Source of the DNA: Christensenellaceae bacterium
GTDB taxonomy: Bacteria; Bacillota; Clostridia; Christensenellales; Borkfalkiaceae
Reading direction: 5' to 3'
Length of the DNA stretch: 64,000 nucleotides
Assembly: GCA_045542055.1 (NCBI GenBank)
Contig: JAZQKH010000021.1
Span: forward strand, 7,963-71,962
Under the pieces are notes generated by a model that ran no database searches, had not been told where the DNA came from, and saw nothing but the letters and a program-made list of their open reading frames with translations. Both the position numbers and the translations under genes were made by a program. Each line of letters opens with the position of its first letter. Within the stretch, counting starts at the first letter, position 1. Of this stretch, positions 29,424 to 38,383 are shown piece after piece.

Positions 29424-29919
29424 AAAGCGCTATCTCCTTAAAACGTTTACCTATAACTTCAAAACGTTTATTTTCTACGTCAATTTGCCTAACGGCATCT
29501 TTTAAAAATGGAAAGCGAACGGTTTTGCCACTGGGCGTTATAGCCGTTATAATATCGGTTTTAGCACTCGTCACGTCGGTAATAGTGCCTATTTTTAACT
29601 GTTCGTCAAATATATCGCAACCGATAACGTCAACTATAAAATATCTGCCTTCTTCGGGTCTTATGGAGTCTTCACGATTGATATACAAAAGTTTACCACG
29701 GAACAGTTCCGCAGTATTTCTATCACACACTGAAGATATGCTTAAAAACACCCCGTTTGGCGTTATTTTTGCGCCCGTTACGGTGTGCACTTCTCCGTCA
29801 ATTATTACCTTTTTAAGTTTCTTAAATCTTTCGGCGTCGTCGGTTAGGGGACGCACTTTCAACTCTCCCCTTATGCCTTGTGGCTTTAATACTTCGCCGA
29901 TAACAAATTTGTTTTCCAT
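29413..29919 (-). CDS. rimM: 16S rRNA processing protein RimM
   Basis: GEVLKPQGIRGELKV N-terminal beta-barrel and a PRC-barrel C-terminus; 168 aa. Confidence 0.9.
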   Translation of the reverse strand: MENKFVIGEVLKPQGIRGELKVRPLTDDAERFKKLKKVIIDGEVHTVTGAKITPNGVFLSISSVCDRNTAELFRGKLLYINREDSIRPEEGRYFIVDVIGCDIFDEQLKIGTITDVTSAKTDIITAITPSGKTVRFPFLKDAVRQIDVENKRFEVIGKRFKEIALYED

Positions 29920-29945
29920 AGCCGTATAGTAGAAAAACGGGGGAA

Positions 29946-30194
29946 TTATTCTTCCCCACGTTCTCTAATTTCAATATTGTATTTTTTATTCTCTTTAAGA
30001 GAACCGGCACGCACTAAAGTTCTGAGCGCCTTTGCAAGCTTGCCTTGGCGACCAATAACTTTGCCCATGTCTGCCGAATCCAATGTAACCGTTACGTTTA
30101 CCGTTTTGCCTTGCTCTACAACGTCGTATTCGACCTTGTCTGGGTGTTCGGCAAAACAACCGATTACGTATTTAATAAGCTCAACCATAAGCAC
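29946..30194 (-). CDS. KH-domain RNA-binding protein (YlqC / UPF0109)
   Basis: It has VIGRQGKLAKALRTL (GxxG KH motif), is 82 aa and sits between rpsP and rimM. Confidence 0.85.
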   Translation of the reverse strand: MLMVELIKYVIGCFAEHPDKVEYDVVEQGKTVNVTVTLDSADMGKVIGRQGKLAKALRTLVRAGSLKENKKYNIEIRERGEE

Positions 30195-30206
30195 ACCTAA
30201 AAACTA

Positions 30207-30500
30207 TTATTTAGACTTGCGTACTTTAGTTTTAGCGGGTGAAAGCTTGGTGGGCTTTGGAATAACGCCTTGGTTAACTAAAATGTTTTTAACCGTGTCG
30301 GTGGGTTGAACGCCCTTAGCAATCCAATCTTTAGCCTTATCAGCATCGATTACGATTTCAGCGGGGTTAGCGGTGGGGTTGTAGTGACCTACTTTATCAA
30401 TGTAGCCTCCATCACGTGCATTTCTGCTGTCCGTAACAACGATACGGTAGAAGGGTGATTTCTTGTCGCCCATTCTGGTCAATCTCATTTTTACTGCCAT
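30207..30500 (-). CDS. rpsP: 30S ribosomal protein S16
   Basis: It begins MAVKMRLTRMGDKKSPFYRIVV. Confidence 0.95.
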   Translation of the reverse strand: MAVKMRLTRMGDKKSPFYRIVVTDSRNARDGGYIDKVGHYNPTANPAEIVIDADKAKDWIAKGVQPTDTVKNILVNQGVIPKPTKLSPAKTKVRKSK

Positions 30501-30523
30501 TTTTCTATTCTCCTTTTATATAA

Positions 30524-31840
30524 TTAAAATCTAAACATTTTATTGTTTTTCATTTGTTTCATCATAAGCTTGGTTTGTTCAAATTGCTTAAGCACTCTAT
30601 TGACTTCTTGAACGCTCGTACCACTGCCCTTTGCTATACGCTGTTTGCGTGACGAGTTTATGATGTTTGGGTTTTCCCTTTCACGCTTTGTCATTGATTG
30701 AATAACCGCCTTGGTGGTTACCATCTTCTTTTCATCAATGTCCGCTTCGGAAATCTTCATCTTGCCACCGCCAAAACCGGGTAGCATATTCAAAATATCT
30801 TTAATTCCGCCCATCTTGTTCATAGTTTCAAACTGAACCAAGAAGTCTTCTAAGGTAAAAGAATTTTCACGGAATTTCTTTTCCATTTTGCGGGCGTCTT
30901 CTTCGGTTACCGCTTCTTGCGCCTTTTCAATAAGCGTTAAAACGTCACCCATACCAAGAATACGGTTTGCCATACGGTCGGGATAGAAAGGCTCTAAATC
31001 GCCAAGTTTTTCGCCAACCGAACAGAATTTTATGGGTTTGCCCGTAACCGCTTTCATCGAAAGGGTTGCACCACCACGTGTGTCGCCGTCAAGTTTGGTA
31101 AGCACTAAACCGGTTACTTCCAATCGCTTATTAAAGGTGTCCGCTACTTCAACGGCAACTTGACCGGTCATAGAGTCGACTACGAGCAGTATTTCGCTTG
31201 GGGTTACCTTTGCTTTAATATCTTCAAGTTCCTGCATTAAGTCTTCGTCTATTTGCAAGCGACCTGCGGTGTCTATAATAACGGTGTCAAAGCCGAATTT
31301 TTTAGCGTATTCAACGCCTTCTGCGGCTATTTTAACGGGGTTACCTTGACCTTTTTCAAATACTTGGCAACCACACTTTTCACCAACGACTTTGAGTTGA
31401 TTTATAGCCGCTGGGCGATACACGTCACAAGCAACTAAAAGGGGTTTTTTATTTTGCTTTTTTAAATATAAACCAAGTTTACCAACCAAGGTGGTTTTAC
31501 CAGCACCTTGCAAGCCTGCCATCATTATGATAGTTGGTAGATTGGGCGCAACGTTTAGCTTGCTATTCGCACTGCCCATCAAAGCAATTAGTTCTTCGTT
31601 AACGATTTTTATAACTTGTTGGGTGGGGCTTAAACTTTTAAGAATCTCTTGCCCAACGGCACGCTCGCTGACCTTTGCAACGAATTGCTTTACGACTGAA
31701 ATATTAACGTCTGCTTCTAATAGTGCGATACGCACTTCACGCATGGCGGTTTTAATTTCAAGCTCGGTAAGTTTGCCGTGCTTGGTTAGTTTTGAAAAAA
31801 TATGATTAAGTTTTTCGGAAAGACCGGAAAATAATGCCAT
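30524..31840 (-). CDS. ffh: Signal recognition particle protein Ffh
   Basis: GLQGAGKTT, DTAGR, TKLDGD and a Met-rich M domain. The start overlaps the ylxM stop (TAATG). Confidence 0.95.
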   Translation of the reverse strand: MALFSGLSEKLNHIFSKLTKHGKLTELEIKTAMREVRIALLEADVNISVVKQFVAKVSERAVGQEILKSLSPTQQVIKIVNEELIALMGSANSKLNVAPNLPTIIMMAGLQGAGKTTLVGKLGLYLKKQNKKPLLVACDVYRPAAINQLKVVGEKCGCQVFEKGQGNPVKIAAEGVEYAKKFGFDTVIIDTAGRLQIDEDLMQELEDIKAKVTPSEILLVVDSMTGQVAVEVADTFNKRLEVTGLVLTKLDGDTRGGATLSMKAVTGKPIKFCSVGEKLGDLEPFYPDRMANRILGMGDVLTLIEKAQEAVTEEDARKMEKKFRENSFTLEDFLVQFETMNKMGGIKDILNMLPGFGGGKMKISEADIDEKKMVTTKAVIQSMTKRERENPNIINSSRKQRIAKGSGTSVQEVNRVLKQFEQTKLMMKQMKNNKMFRF

Positions 31841-32139
31841 TATATATTGATTATCCTTTTAAGCTCAGAAACGGTATTTTCGTCTTTAGCTTGGCTTGCC
31901 AAGGCATAAAGCGCATCGTGTTTGGCCTTTAGTTTAAGCGCCGACTCAAACTCGTCTAACTTTTTTTTGGCGCTTTTAATCGCATCGTTCACGTTTTGCC
32001 TGCTTATGCCCTTTTCTTCAGAAATTTCTTTTAGTGAAAAATCTAACAAAAAGTGCATCTCAAAAGATTCACGTTGTTTTTGCGTAAGCAACTGCTTGTA
32101 TAGTTCAAACAATTCTACGTAATAAAAATTCTCTTCCAT
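31840..32139 (-). CDS. ylxM: YlxM (UPF0122) sigma-region-4-like DNA-binding protein
   Basis: LLTQKQRESFEMHFLLDFSLKEISEEKGISRQNV, located immediately upstream of ffh. Confidence 0.85.
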   Translation of the reverse strand: MEENFYYVELFELYKQLLTQKQRESFEMHFLLDFSLKEISEEKGISRQNVNDAIKSAKKKLDEFESALKLKAKHDALYALASQAKDENTVSELKRIINI

Positions 32140-32174
32140 AAAACAAAAGGTGTAAAGTTTTTAACCTTTACACC
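32140..32174 (-). terminator. Hairpin plus U4GU4 abutting the ylxM AUG; terminator for the SHOCT-protein gene
   Basis: Minus-strand RNA reads GGUGUAAAG-guuaaaaa-CUUUACACC-UUUUGUUUU-AUG. Confidence 0.6.
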
Positions 32175-32177
32175 CAT

Positions 32178-32206
32178 ATTATACATATTTAGCCTAACCG
32201 TGTCAA
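32178..32206 (-). promoter_or_regulatory. Consensus promoter for ylxM-ffh
   Basis: Minus strand reads TTGACA (32206-32201), a 17-nt spacer, then TATAAT (32183-32178). Predicted +1 near 32171 falls inside the 5' arm of the hairpin. Confidence 0.55.
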
Positions 32207-32216
32207 ACGATTTTTA

Positions 32217-32807
32217 TTAATTTTTTAAAATCTTAGATTTTTCTTGTGTAAATTCGTCTTCCGTTAATATTCCTTCGTCAACAAAACCTTTAAGACTTTT
32301 TAGTTTGTTTACGTTGCCGTCAAATTGTTTAGCTTGAGCAAAAGAATTACCTAAAAGCTCACTCTTAATATCGTTAAATTCTCTTTCAGTGATTACGCCT
32401 TCATCAAATAAATTTTTGTATTGCTTGATTTTATCGTAAGCGTCAATCCTGTTTTGAATACTGCAAGCATTTTTTGATTTGCATTTGTTAAAGAATAACG
32501 GACCGTCAAATTGTTCTGCCGGTAAGCCGTATCCAGTGTTTCTAATATTCTTAACGTCTAAAAGAGCATTGAATTTAATATCAAAAACAAGATATACCAA
32601 CTGAAGTAAAATAGGTCCTACAACGATTGCACCAATACCACCAAATAAAGTGAAAAAGTTTATCCATAAGCCGTAACCTTCATAAACTGGGAAAGACATT
32701 GCAATTAGCACTATTCCACCCAAAACACTTAAGCACATCATTACAAATAGTGATACGTTAACAATCTTTCTAACTAAATATAAAGATTTATCACTTTTAT
32801 TAAACAT
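32217..32807 (-). CDS. Membrane protein with two C-terminal SHOCT domains
   Basis: Two or three N-terminal TM helices. It has two SHOCT-like repeats, LFDEGVITEREFNDIKSELL and FVDEGILTEDEFTQEKSKIL. RBS AGAGGAGA is present. Confidence 0.7.
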   Translation of the reverse strand: MFNKSDKSLYLVRKIVNVSLFVMMCLSVLGGIVLIAMSFPVYEGYGLWINFFTLFGGIGAIVVGPILLQLVYLVFDIKFNALLDVKNIRNTGYGLPAEQFDGPLFFNKCKSKNACSIQNRIDAYDKIKQYKNLFDEGVITEREFNDIKSELLGNSFAQAKQFDGNVNKLKSLKGFVDEGILTEDEFTQEKSKILKN

Positions 32808-32845
32808 TTTTATCTCCTCTTACGTTTACGATTAGACTTGAATAC

Positions 32846-32874
32846 ATTATATTCTTACATTTGTAAGAAGTCAA
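32846..32874 (-). promoter_or_regulatory. Consensus promoter of the SHOCT-protein gene
   Basis: Minus strand reads TTGACT (32874-32869), a 17-nt spacer, then TATAAT (32851-32846). Confidence 0.6.
32852..32869. promoter_or_regulatory. Operator-like palindrome O1
   Basis: TTCTTAC-attt-GTAAGAA has perfect 7-bp arms and fills the -35/-10 spacer of the SHOCT-gene promoter. Confidence 0.55.
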
Positions 32875-32880
32875 GTATTT

Positions 32881-32898
32881 TTCTTACTTTTGTGAGAA
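32881..32898. promoter_or_regulatory. Operator-like palindrome O2
   Basis: TTCTTAC-tttt-GTGAGAA has one mismatch. It lies 29 bp from O1 and 10 nt upstream of the XRE gene ATG. Confidence 0.5.
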
Positions 32899-32907
32899 AA
32901 TATAAGT

Positions 32908-33111
32908 ATGAACGTATTTAAAGAGAATTTAAAAAATTTAAGAATAGAGCACAAATTAGGTCAAGTTGAACTTGCCAAAAAATTGGGCGTAAGTAAAGGA
33001 ATTATAAGTTTATGGGAAAACGGACTTAGAGAGCCAAATATGACTTCGCTTATTTTAATTGCAAAATTTTTTAACGTGTCGATAGATTTTTTAGTTGGAT
33101 TGGAACAATAA
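32908..33111 (+). CDS. XRE-family helix-turn-helix transcriptional regulator
   Basis: 67 aa with LGQVELAKKLGVSKGIISLWENGLREP (HTH_3 pattern). Confidence 0.85.
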   Translation: MNVFKENLKNLRIEHKLGQVELAKKLGVSKGIISLWENGLREPNMTSLILIAKFFNVSIDFLVGLEQ

Positions 33112-33137
33112 AAAACGCAGGTTTAACCTGCGTTTTT
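33111..33137. terminator. Bidirectional terminator between the XRE gene and ftsY
   Basis: aaaaaCGCAGGTttaACCTGCGttttt. Confidence 0.75.
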
Positions 33138-33147
33138 ATTATTTCTA

Positions 33148-34044
33148 TTAAAACAATGCTTCGATAAAATCGTTGGCGTTAAATTCTTCAATATCGTCAA
33201 TCTTTTCGCCCGTACCGACGAAGCACACCGGGACTTCCAATTCGTACGTTAACGATATTATAAATCCGCCTTTTGCCGTGCCGTCAAGTTTGGTTAAAAT
33301 TATACCGTCAATACCGACTGCTTGGTTAAACGTCTTAACTTGGCTTTCGGCATTTTGACCGGTGGTTGCATCTAAAACTATAAGTTTATAATAGTTGCAA
33401 TCGGGGTATTCCCTTTTAACCACCCTATCCATCTTTTTAAGTTCTTCCATAAGGTTGGCTTTTACGTGAAGTCTACCCGCCGTATCTATTATCAAAACGT
33501 CGGTATTTTTAGCCTTTGCAGAACTTATAGCGTCGTAAACGACTGCAGATGCGTCCGCACCTTCACTATGTTTTACAACCCTAACGTTTGCCCTTTCAGC
33601 CCAAATGGTAAGTTGGTCTGCCGCCGCCGCACGGAAGGTATCCGCCGCCGCAACGGTAACGCTTTTACCTTGCTTTAAGAACATATTGGCAAGTTTGCCG
33701 ATAGTAGTCGTTTTACCTACGCCGTTAACACCAACCACCATTATAACGGCTGGGGTTTTAAAGTCGATTTTTTCAGCGTAGTCAAGCGTGTCGAACAGTT
33801 CCTTTTTAAGAAGCCCTATAACGTAGTCTTTATCTTTACACTTTTCTTTGATGGCGGTATCACGAATTTCGTCAACTATTTCCATAGTGGTTTGAACGGA
33901 TACGTCGGAAGATATTAAAACGTCTTCAAGTTCTTCATAAAAGTCTTCACCAAGTTTATCTTTGGCAAAAAGTTCGGTTAGTTTTTTTGACAGCCCAGAG
34001 CGTGTTTTAGATAATACTTCTTTTAATTTTCCAAATAAACCCAT
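33148..34044 (-). CDS. ftsY: Signal recognition particle receptor FtsY (short form, no A domain)
   Basis: It has GVNGVGKTTTIGKLA, DTAGR and TKLDGTAKGG; 298 aa. Confidence 0.95.
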   Translation of the reverse strand: MGLFGKLKEVLSKTRSGLSKKLTELFAKDKLGEDFYEELEDVLISSDVSVQTTMEIVDEIRDTAIKEKCKDKDYVIGLLKKELFDTLDYAEKIDFKTPAVIMVVGVNGVGKTTTIGKLANMFLKQGKSVTVAAADTFRAAAADQLTIWAERANVRVVKHSEGADASAVVYDAISSAKAKNTDVLIIDTAGRLHVKANLMEELKKMDRVVKREYPDCNYYKLIVLDATTGQNAESQVKTFNQAVGIDGIILTKLDGTAKGGFIISLTYELEVPVCFVGTGEKIDDIEEFNANDFIEALF

Positions 34045-34055
34045 AAAGCACCTAA

Positions 34056-37000
34056 TTAAGAAATCATACCTTTGCCCGCTTCAAAGTCAGCCACGTCTGA
34101 AAGTTTAACGGATACCATTTTAGATACGCCCTTTTCTTGCATGGTAACACCGAATAGTGCGTCGGCAAGTTCCATAGTGGGCTTTCTGTGGGTAATAACG
34201 ATAAACTGCGTTTCTTGACTGAATTTTTGCAAGTATCTTGCAAATCTATCAACGTTGGCTTCGTCAAGCGCCGCTTCAATTTCGTCAAGCACGCAGAACG
34301 GCATTGGTCGAAGCTTTAATATTGCAAACAATATTGCGATTGCCGTAAGCGCCTTTTCACCACCCGATAAAAGCGACAACTTTTGAAGTTTCTTTCCGGG
34401 GGGTTGCGCAACTATTTCAACGCCCGCTTCTAACCTGTCTTCCACGTCGGTGTAATCCATTTGAAGCATTGCGTTGCCACCGCCGAACAACTCTTTGAAT
34501 ATCTTTTGAAAGTTGGTGTTAATCTTATTAAAGCCTTCGTCGAATTGTGTAAGCATTTCGCTCTTGATTTTATCGATGGCTTCTTTAAGGTCGGCTTCAG
34601 CCTTTTCCAAATCTTCCTTTTGAGTAAGCATTTCATCGTAACGCTCTTTAAGAACTTTGCAGTCCTCAATAGCGGCGGCGTTAATAGCGCCAAGAGACGA
34701 GCGTTTTCTTCTTATGCGGTTAATTTCTTGCTCGCCGGTAGTTGCGTCGTAGCCGTCTTGCTTAACGGCTAAGGCAGTTTCGTAAGTTTCTTGATAATCT
34801 TCAAAAATGCTTTGACCCATATATTCTAAGTCAGAGTCGATTTTAGCAAGAGCAATTTCTTCGGCGTGCTTACGCTCGGAAAGTTCTATAATAGCGTTGT
34901 TAAGCGCTTCACGTTTTTCGCCGTTGGCGTTTAGCCTATCACGAAGGTCTGCCTTAGATTGCTCTACGTTATCAATTTTATCCCTTATAGAGTTGATATA
35001 GTCTTGCTCTTCTTTAGTAAGGGCAACCTTTTCTTGCTCTAAACGTAATTCCTCAATAATATTCCTTGCCCCATCATTGCTATTTGCAAGATTTTTATTG
35101 GTGTTTTCCGCTTCAAGTCTTGCACTTGCAAGCCTATCGTTATCACCTTCTAACGAAGCGATTTTTGCCTTTAATTCAGTTACTGAAACCTGCAAAGCGG
35201 TGCTTTCGGCACTTAAAGAGTCACGCTCTTTTCTAAGGTTGTCGAATTCGGCTTGTTGCTTGTCCGCCTTTTCTTGGGTATCAATTCTTGCCTTTTCTAA
35301 ATGTTCGCCACCACTCGTTGCCAAGTTGTACTCTGCGGTAATTTTCGCAAGTTTTTCTTTTACACTGTCAATAAGGTCGGCGGTAATTTCCATTTCTTTG
35401 CCGATTTCAGATAAACTCTTTTCTGCAACGGCTTGTTTTTCACGCTCTAAGAGTAGTTGTTGACGCTTTTCGTTATACATATCGTTGATAAGCGAAAGTT
35501 CATCTAAGCCCTTGTCACGCTTACTTTCAAGCACGCCCTTTTCGGCTTTAAGTTTATCCATTTCGGAACGCTTATCGGCAAGTTGCTTAGCGGTGTCTTC
35601 TAACCTGCGTTCACCCGAAAGCACGCCAACGGTGTCAGTTCTACGTGAACCACCACTCATTGCACCTTGCGTTGTGAATAAGTCGCCGTTTAGCGTTACC
35701 ATCTTAAATGCAAAGCGATATTTTTTAGCAATTTCGTTTGCGTTGGTAATGTTGTCAACCACCAAGGTATTGCCAAGTAGGTTTGATATAACGTTTTCGT
35801 ATTGACTGTCGTAACTAACTATTTCGTTTGCTAAGCCAAGCGCACCCGTTTCCTTAAGCGCCCTAGTAATCTCTAACGAATTAGAGCGTGGCTTAACCGA
35901 CGTTATGGGAAGGAAAGTTGCCCTACCCAAACGGTTTTTAGTAAGATATTCGATTAAATATTTAGCGTCGTCCGTCGTTTGGGTAACTACGTTTTGTGCA
36001 GAGGCTGCAAGTGCGGTTTCCAATGCGACGTCGTAAATTTTATCACTTTTGATAATTTCGGCAACCACGCCCTTAATACGTTTTTTAAGTTCGGGGTTGG
36101 TCTTTGCTTGACCCATTAAAAGTTTAACGGAAGTTTGATAGCCGTCGTAATTTTCTTTTAAGCCTTTATAAAAGTTCTCTTTGGTTACCAATGCGGTAAT
36201 AGCAGAGTTAAGAACGTAGATTGAATTGTCAACCTTAGCAATCTCTTCGTTTAAGTTCCTTACGCTGTTTTCCGTTTCAGTAATGTTGTTTTTGCAATCG
36301 AAAATGCTTCTATCAAGTTCATCTATACTCTTATCGCATTTTTCCTTATTGTTAAATTCACCCTCACGCTTAACCGATAAGGCGTCTAATTTATCGCTTA
36401 ATTCTTGCAATTTACCTTCTAAATTAAGCTTTTCAATGTTCATCGTGCCCTTGTTGAGTTTAACGTCTGATAGCGATTCAATTGACTGGATAATTTGCCT
36501 TTGACTTTCTGAAGCAAGTTCTTCGCCAAGTGCCAACTTCTCAGTTACGGCAAGCAATCTATGGCTGAGTTCTTCTGCCTTTTTAGACTGCTTAGCAAGT
36601 TCTTGTTTACAAAGGGTCAGTTCGGCAGAGTTTTTATAAATTGACGCCGAACATTCTTCGATAAGTTTATTATTGCTTTCAATTTCGGCTTCCGCACGCA
36701 CGATTTGGCTATTTAGGTAAGAAATCTTTTGCTCGAACAGTTGCTTAGCACCCGTAGATTTTTCCATACCGACACGCTTTTCCAAAAGTTCGTCGTTATA
36801 AGCACGAAGCTTTGCGTCGGCATCGTTAATTTCGGAAAAAATTGATTCGTATTCGTTTTGGGCGTCGTTATATTCCTTTTGGCGAAGTGCAGTTTGCTCG
36901 TCAATACCCTTTATTCTTACGTTGATTTTACCCTTTGCCGTTGCAACGCCGTCTACCTTTGCTATGTACGTATTAAGTTCGTGAAACTTTAGTTCGGCAG

Positions 37001-37655
37001 ATAGGGCGTTATATTCTTTTGCCTTTTCCGCTTGACGCTCCAAAGGCCCTAATTGATTTTCGATTTCATACAAGATATCGGTGTATCTAACCAAGTTTTC
37101 GTGCGTTCTTTCTAATTTGCGTTGTGATTCGTTTTTGCGTGACTTAAACTTGGCAATGCCCGTTGCTTCTTCAAAAATCATACGTCTGTCTTCAGGTTTT
37201 GCAGACATAATTTCTTCAACCTTACCTTGACCTATGATGGTATAGCCTTCTTTACCAATGCCACATTCGTGCAAAAGGTCTACTATATCTTTAAGTCTTG
37301 CAGGCTGACGGTTTATGTAATATTCACTTTCGCCACTACGGTATAGTTTTCTGGTAATGATAACTTCGCTATAATCTAAACTAAACATCTTGTTAGTATT
37401 GTCAAAAAATAACGATACTTCACAGTAGGAAAGCGATTTTCTATTTTGAGTGCCCGCAAAAATAACGTCTTGCATGCTTGAACCACGCAAACTCTTTGCA
37501 CTTTGTTCGCCAAGCACCCAACGTATAGCGTCGGCAACGTTACTCTTGCCACAGCCGTTAGGACCTACTATTCCGGTTATACCTTTACCGAATTTAATTT
37601 CCGCTTTGTCAGCGAACGATTTAAATCCGTATACTTCTACTTTTTCGAAGTTCAA
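34056..37655 (-). CDS. smc: Chromosome partition protein Smc
   Basis: 1199 aa. N-terminal GPNGCGKSN, long coiled coils, a hinge, and C-terminal LSGGEKALTAIA and FCVLDEIEAALD. Confidence 0.95.
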   Translation of the reverse strand: MNFEKVEVYGFKSFADKAEIKFGKGITGIVGPNGCGKSNVADAIRWVLGEQSAKSLRGSSMQDVIFAGTQNRKSLSYCEVSLFFDNTNKMFSLDYSEVIITRKLYRSGESEYYINRQPARLKDIVDLLHECGIGKEGYTIIGQGKVEEIMSAKPEDRRMIFEEATGIAKFKSRKNESQRKLERTHENLVRYTDILYEIENQLGPLERQAEKAKEYNALSAELKFHELNTYIAKVDGVATAKGKINVRIKGIDEQTALRQKEYNDAQNEYESIFSEINDADAKLRAYNDELLEKRVGMEKSTGAKQLFEQKISYLNSQIVRAEAEIESNNKLIEECSASIYKNSAELTLCKQELAKQSKKAEELSHRLLAVTEKLALGEELASESQRQIIQSIESLSDVKLNKGTMNIEKLNLEGKLQELSDKLDALSVKREGEFNNKEKCDKSIDELDRSIFDCKNNITETENSVRNLNEEIAKVDNSIYVLNSAITALVTKENFYKGLKENYDGYQTSVKLLMGQAKTNPELKKRIKGVVAEIIKSDKIYDVALETALAASAQNVVTQTTDDAKYLIEYLTKNRLGRATFLPITSVKPRSNSLEITRALKETGALGLANEIVSYDSQYENVISNLLGNTLVVDNITNANEIAKKYRFAFKMVTLNGDLFTTQGAMSGGSRRTDTVGVLSGERRLEDTAKQLADKRSEMDKLKAEKGVLESKRDKGLDELSLINDMYNEKRQQLLLEREKQAVAEKSLSEIGKEMEITADLIDSVKEKLAKITAEYNLATSGGEHLEKARIDTQEKADKQQAEFDNLRKERDSLSAESTALQVSVTELKAKIASLEGDNDRLASARLEAENTNKNLANSNDGARNIIEELRLEQEKVALTKEEQDYINSIRDKIDNVEQSKADLRDRLNANGEKREALNNAIIELSERKHAEEIALAKIDSDLEYMGQSIFEDYQETYETALAVKQDGYDATTGEQEINRIRRKRSSLGAINAAAIEDCKVLKERYDEMLTQKEDLEKAEADLKEAIDKIKSEMLTQFDEGFNKINTNFQKIFKELFGGGNAMLQMDYTDVEDRLEAGVEIVAQPPGKKLQKLSLLSGGEKALTAIAILFAILKLRPMPFCVLDEIEAALDEANVDRFARYLQKFSQETQFIVITHRKPTMELADALFGVTMQEKGVSKMVSVKLSDVADFEAGKGMIS

Positions 37656-37661
37656 TTTTTT

Positions 37662-38372
37662 CTACCGTCCTTGTTTGCTTTTATTTGCTTTTAGTTTGTT
37701 TAAGCCTACTTGCGCAGACTGGGCTTCCGCCGATTTTTTGCTAAACCCCTTACCCGTTGAAAGCACTTTGTCGTTCAAAAGCAGTTGAACGCAAAATTCA
37801 GCGGCGTGGTCGGGACCTTTTTTACTTACTAATCTATACTCGATTTTGCCTAGTTTGTATTTTTGAACGTATTCTTGGAACTCGCTTTTGCTAGTAGCGT
37901 CTTCCCTGTGAGATTTTGAACGATTTTTATCACGTTTAAAGTTTTCTACCACAGTGGAAAGCACGAATTGTTTTGCAGGCGCTGAACCACCGTCAAGATA
38001 TATTGCGCAAACCAACGCTTCAAAAACGGATGAGAAAAACTTTTCGTCTTTGCAAGCACTTTTTTGTTGACCGTTGCCAAGCAATATATAATCTTCCAAT
38101 CCAAGCCTATGAAGTGCGTCGTTAAGCGGTGTTCTTGCAACCATTTCGGCACGAAAGCGTGTGAGAAGTCCTTCGTCGCCTTTAACGTTGTTATACAGCC
38201 ACTCGGTAACCACCATTTCGATAATAGTGTCACCAAAAAACTCCATTAGTTCGTTGTCTTCTTGATTGTGCTCGTATGCGTAAGAAGAGTGCGTAAACGC
38301 CTTTCTTAGTAGCATTTTATCGTTAAATTGGTATCCTATTATTCGCTCTATGGCAGATGCGTCAAAAATCAT
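37662..38372 (-). CDS. rnc: Ribonuclease III
   Basis: It has the NELMEFFGDTI signature (ERLEFLGD type) and a C-terminal dsRBD. Confidence 0.9.
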   Translation of the reverse strand: MIFDASAIERIIGYQFNDKMLLRKAFTHSSYAYEHNQEDNELMEFFGDTIIEMVVTEWLYNNVKGDEGLLTRFRAEMVARTPLNDALHRLGLEDYILLGNGQQKSACKDEKFFSSVFEALVCAIYLDGGSAPAKQFVLSTVVENFKRDKNRSKSHREDATSKSEFQEYVQKYKLGKIEYRLVSKKGPDHAAEFCVQLLLNDKVLSTGKGFSKKSAEAQSAQVGLNKLKANKSKQGR

Positions 38373-38383
38373 TTATTGTTTAC

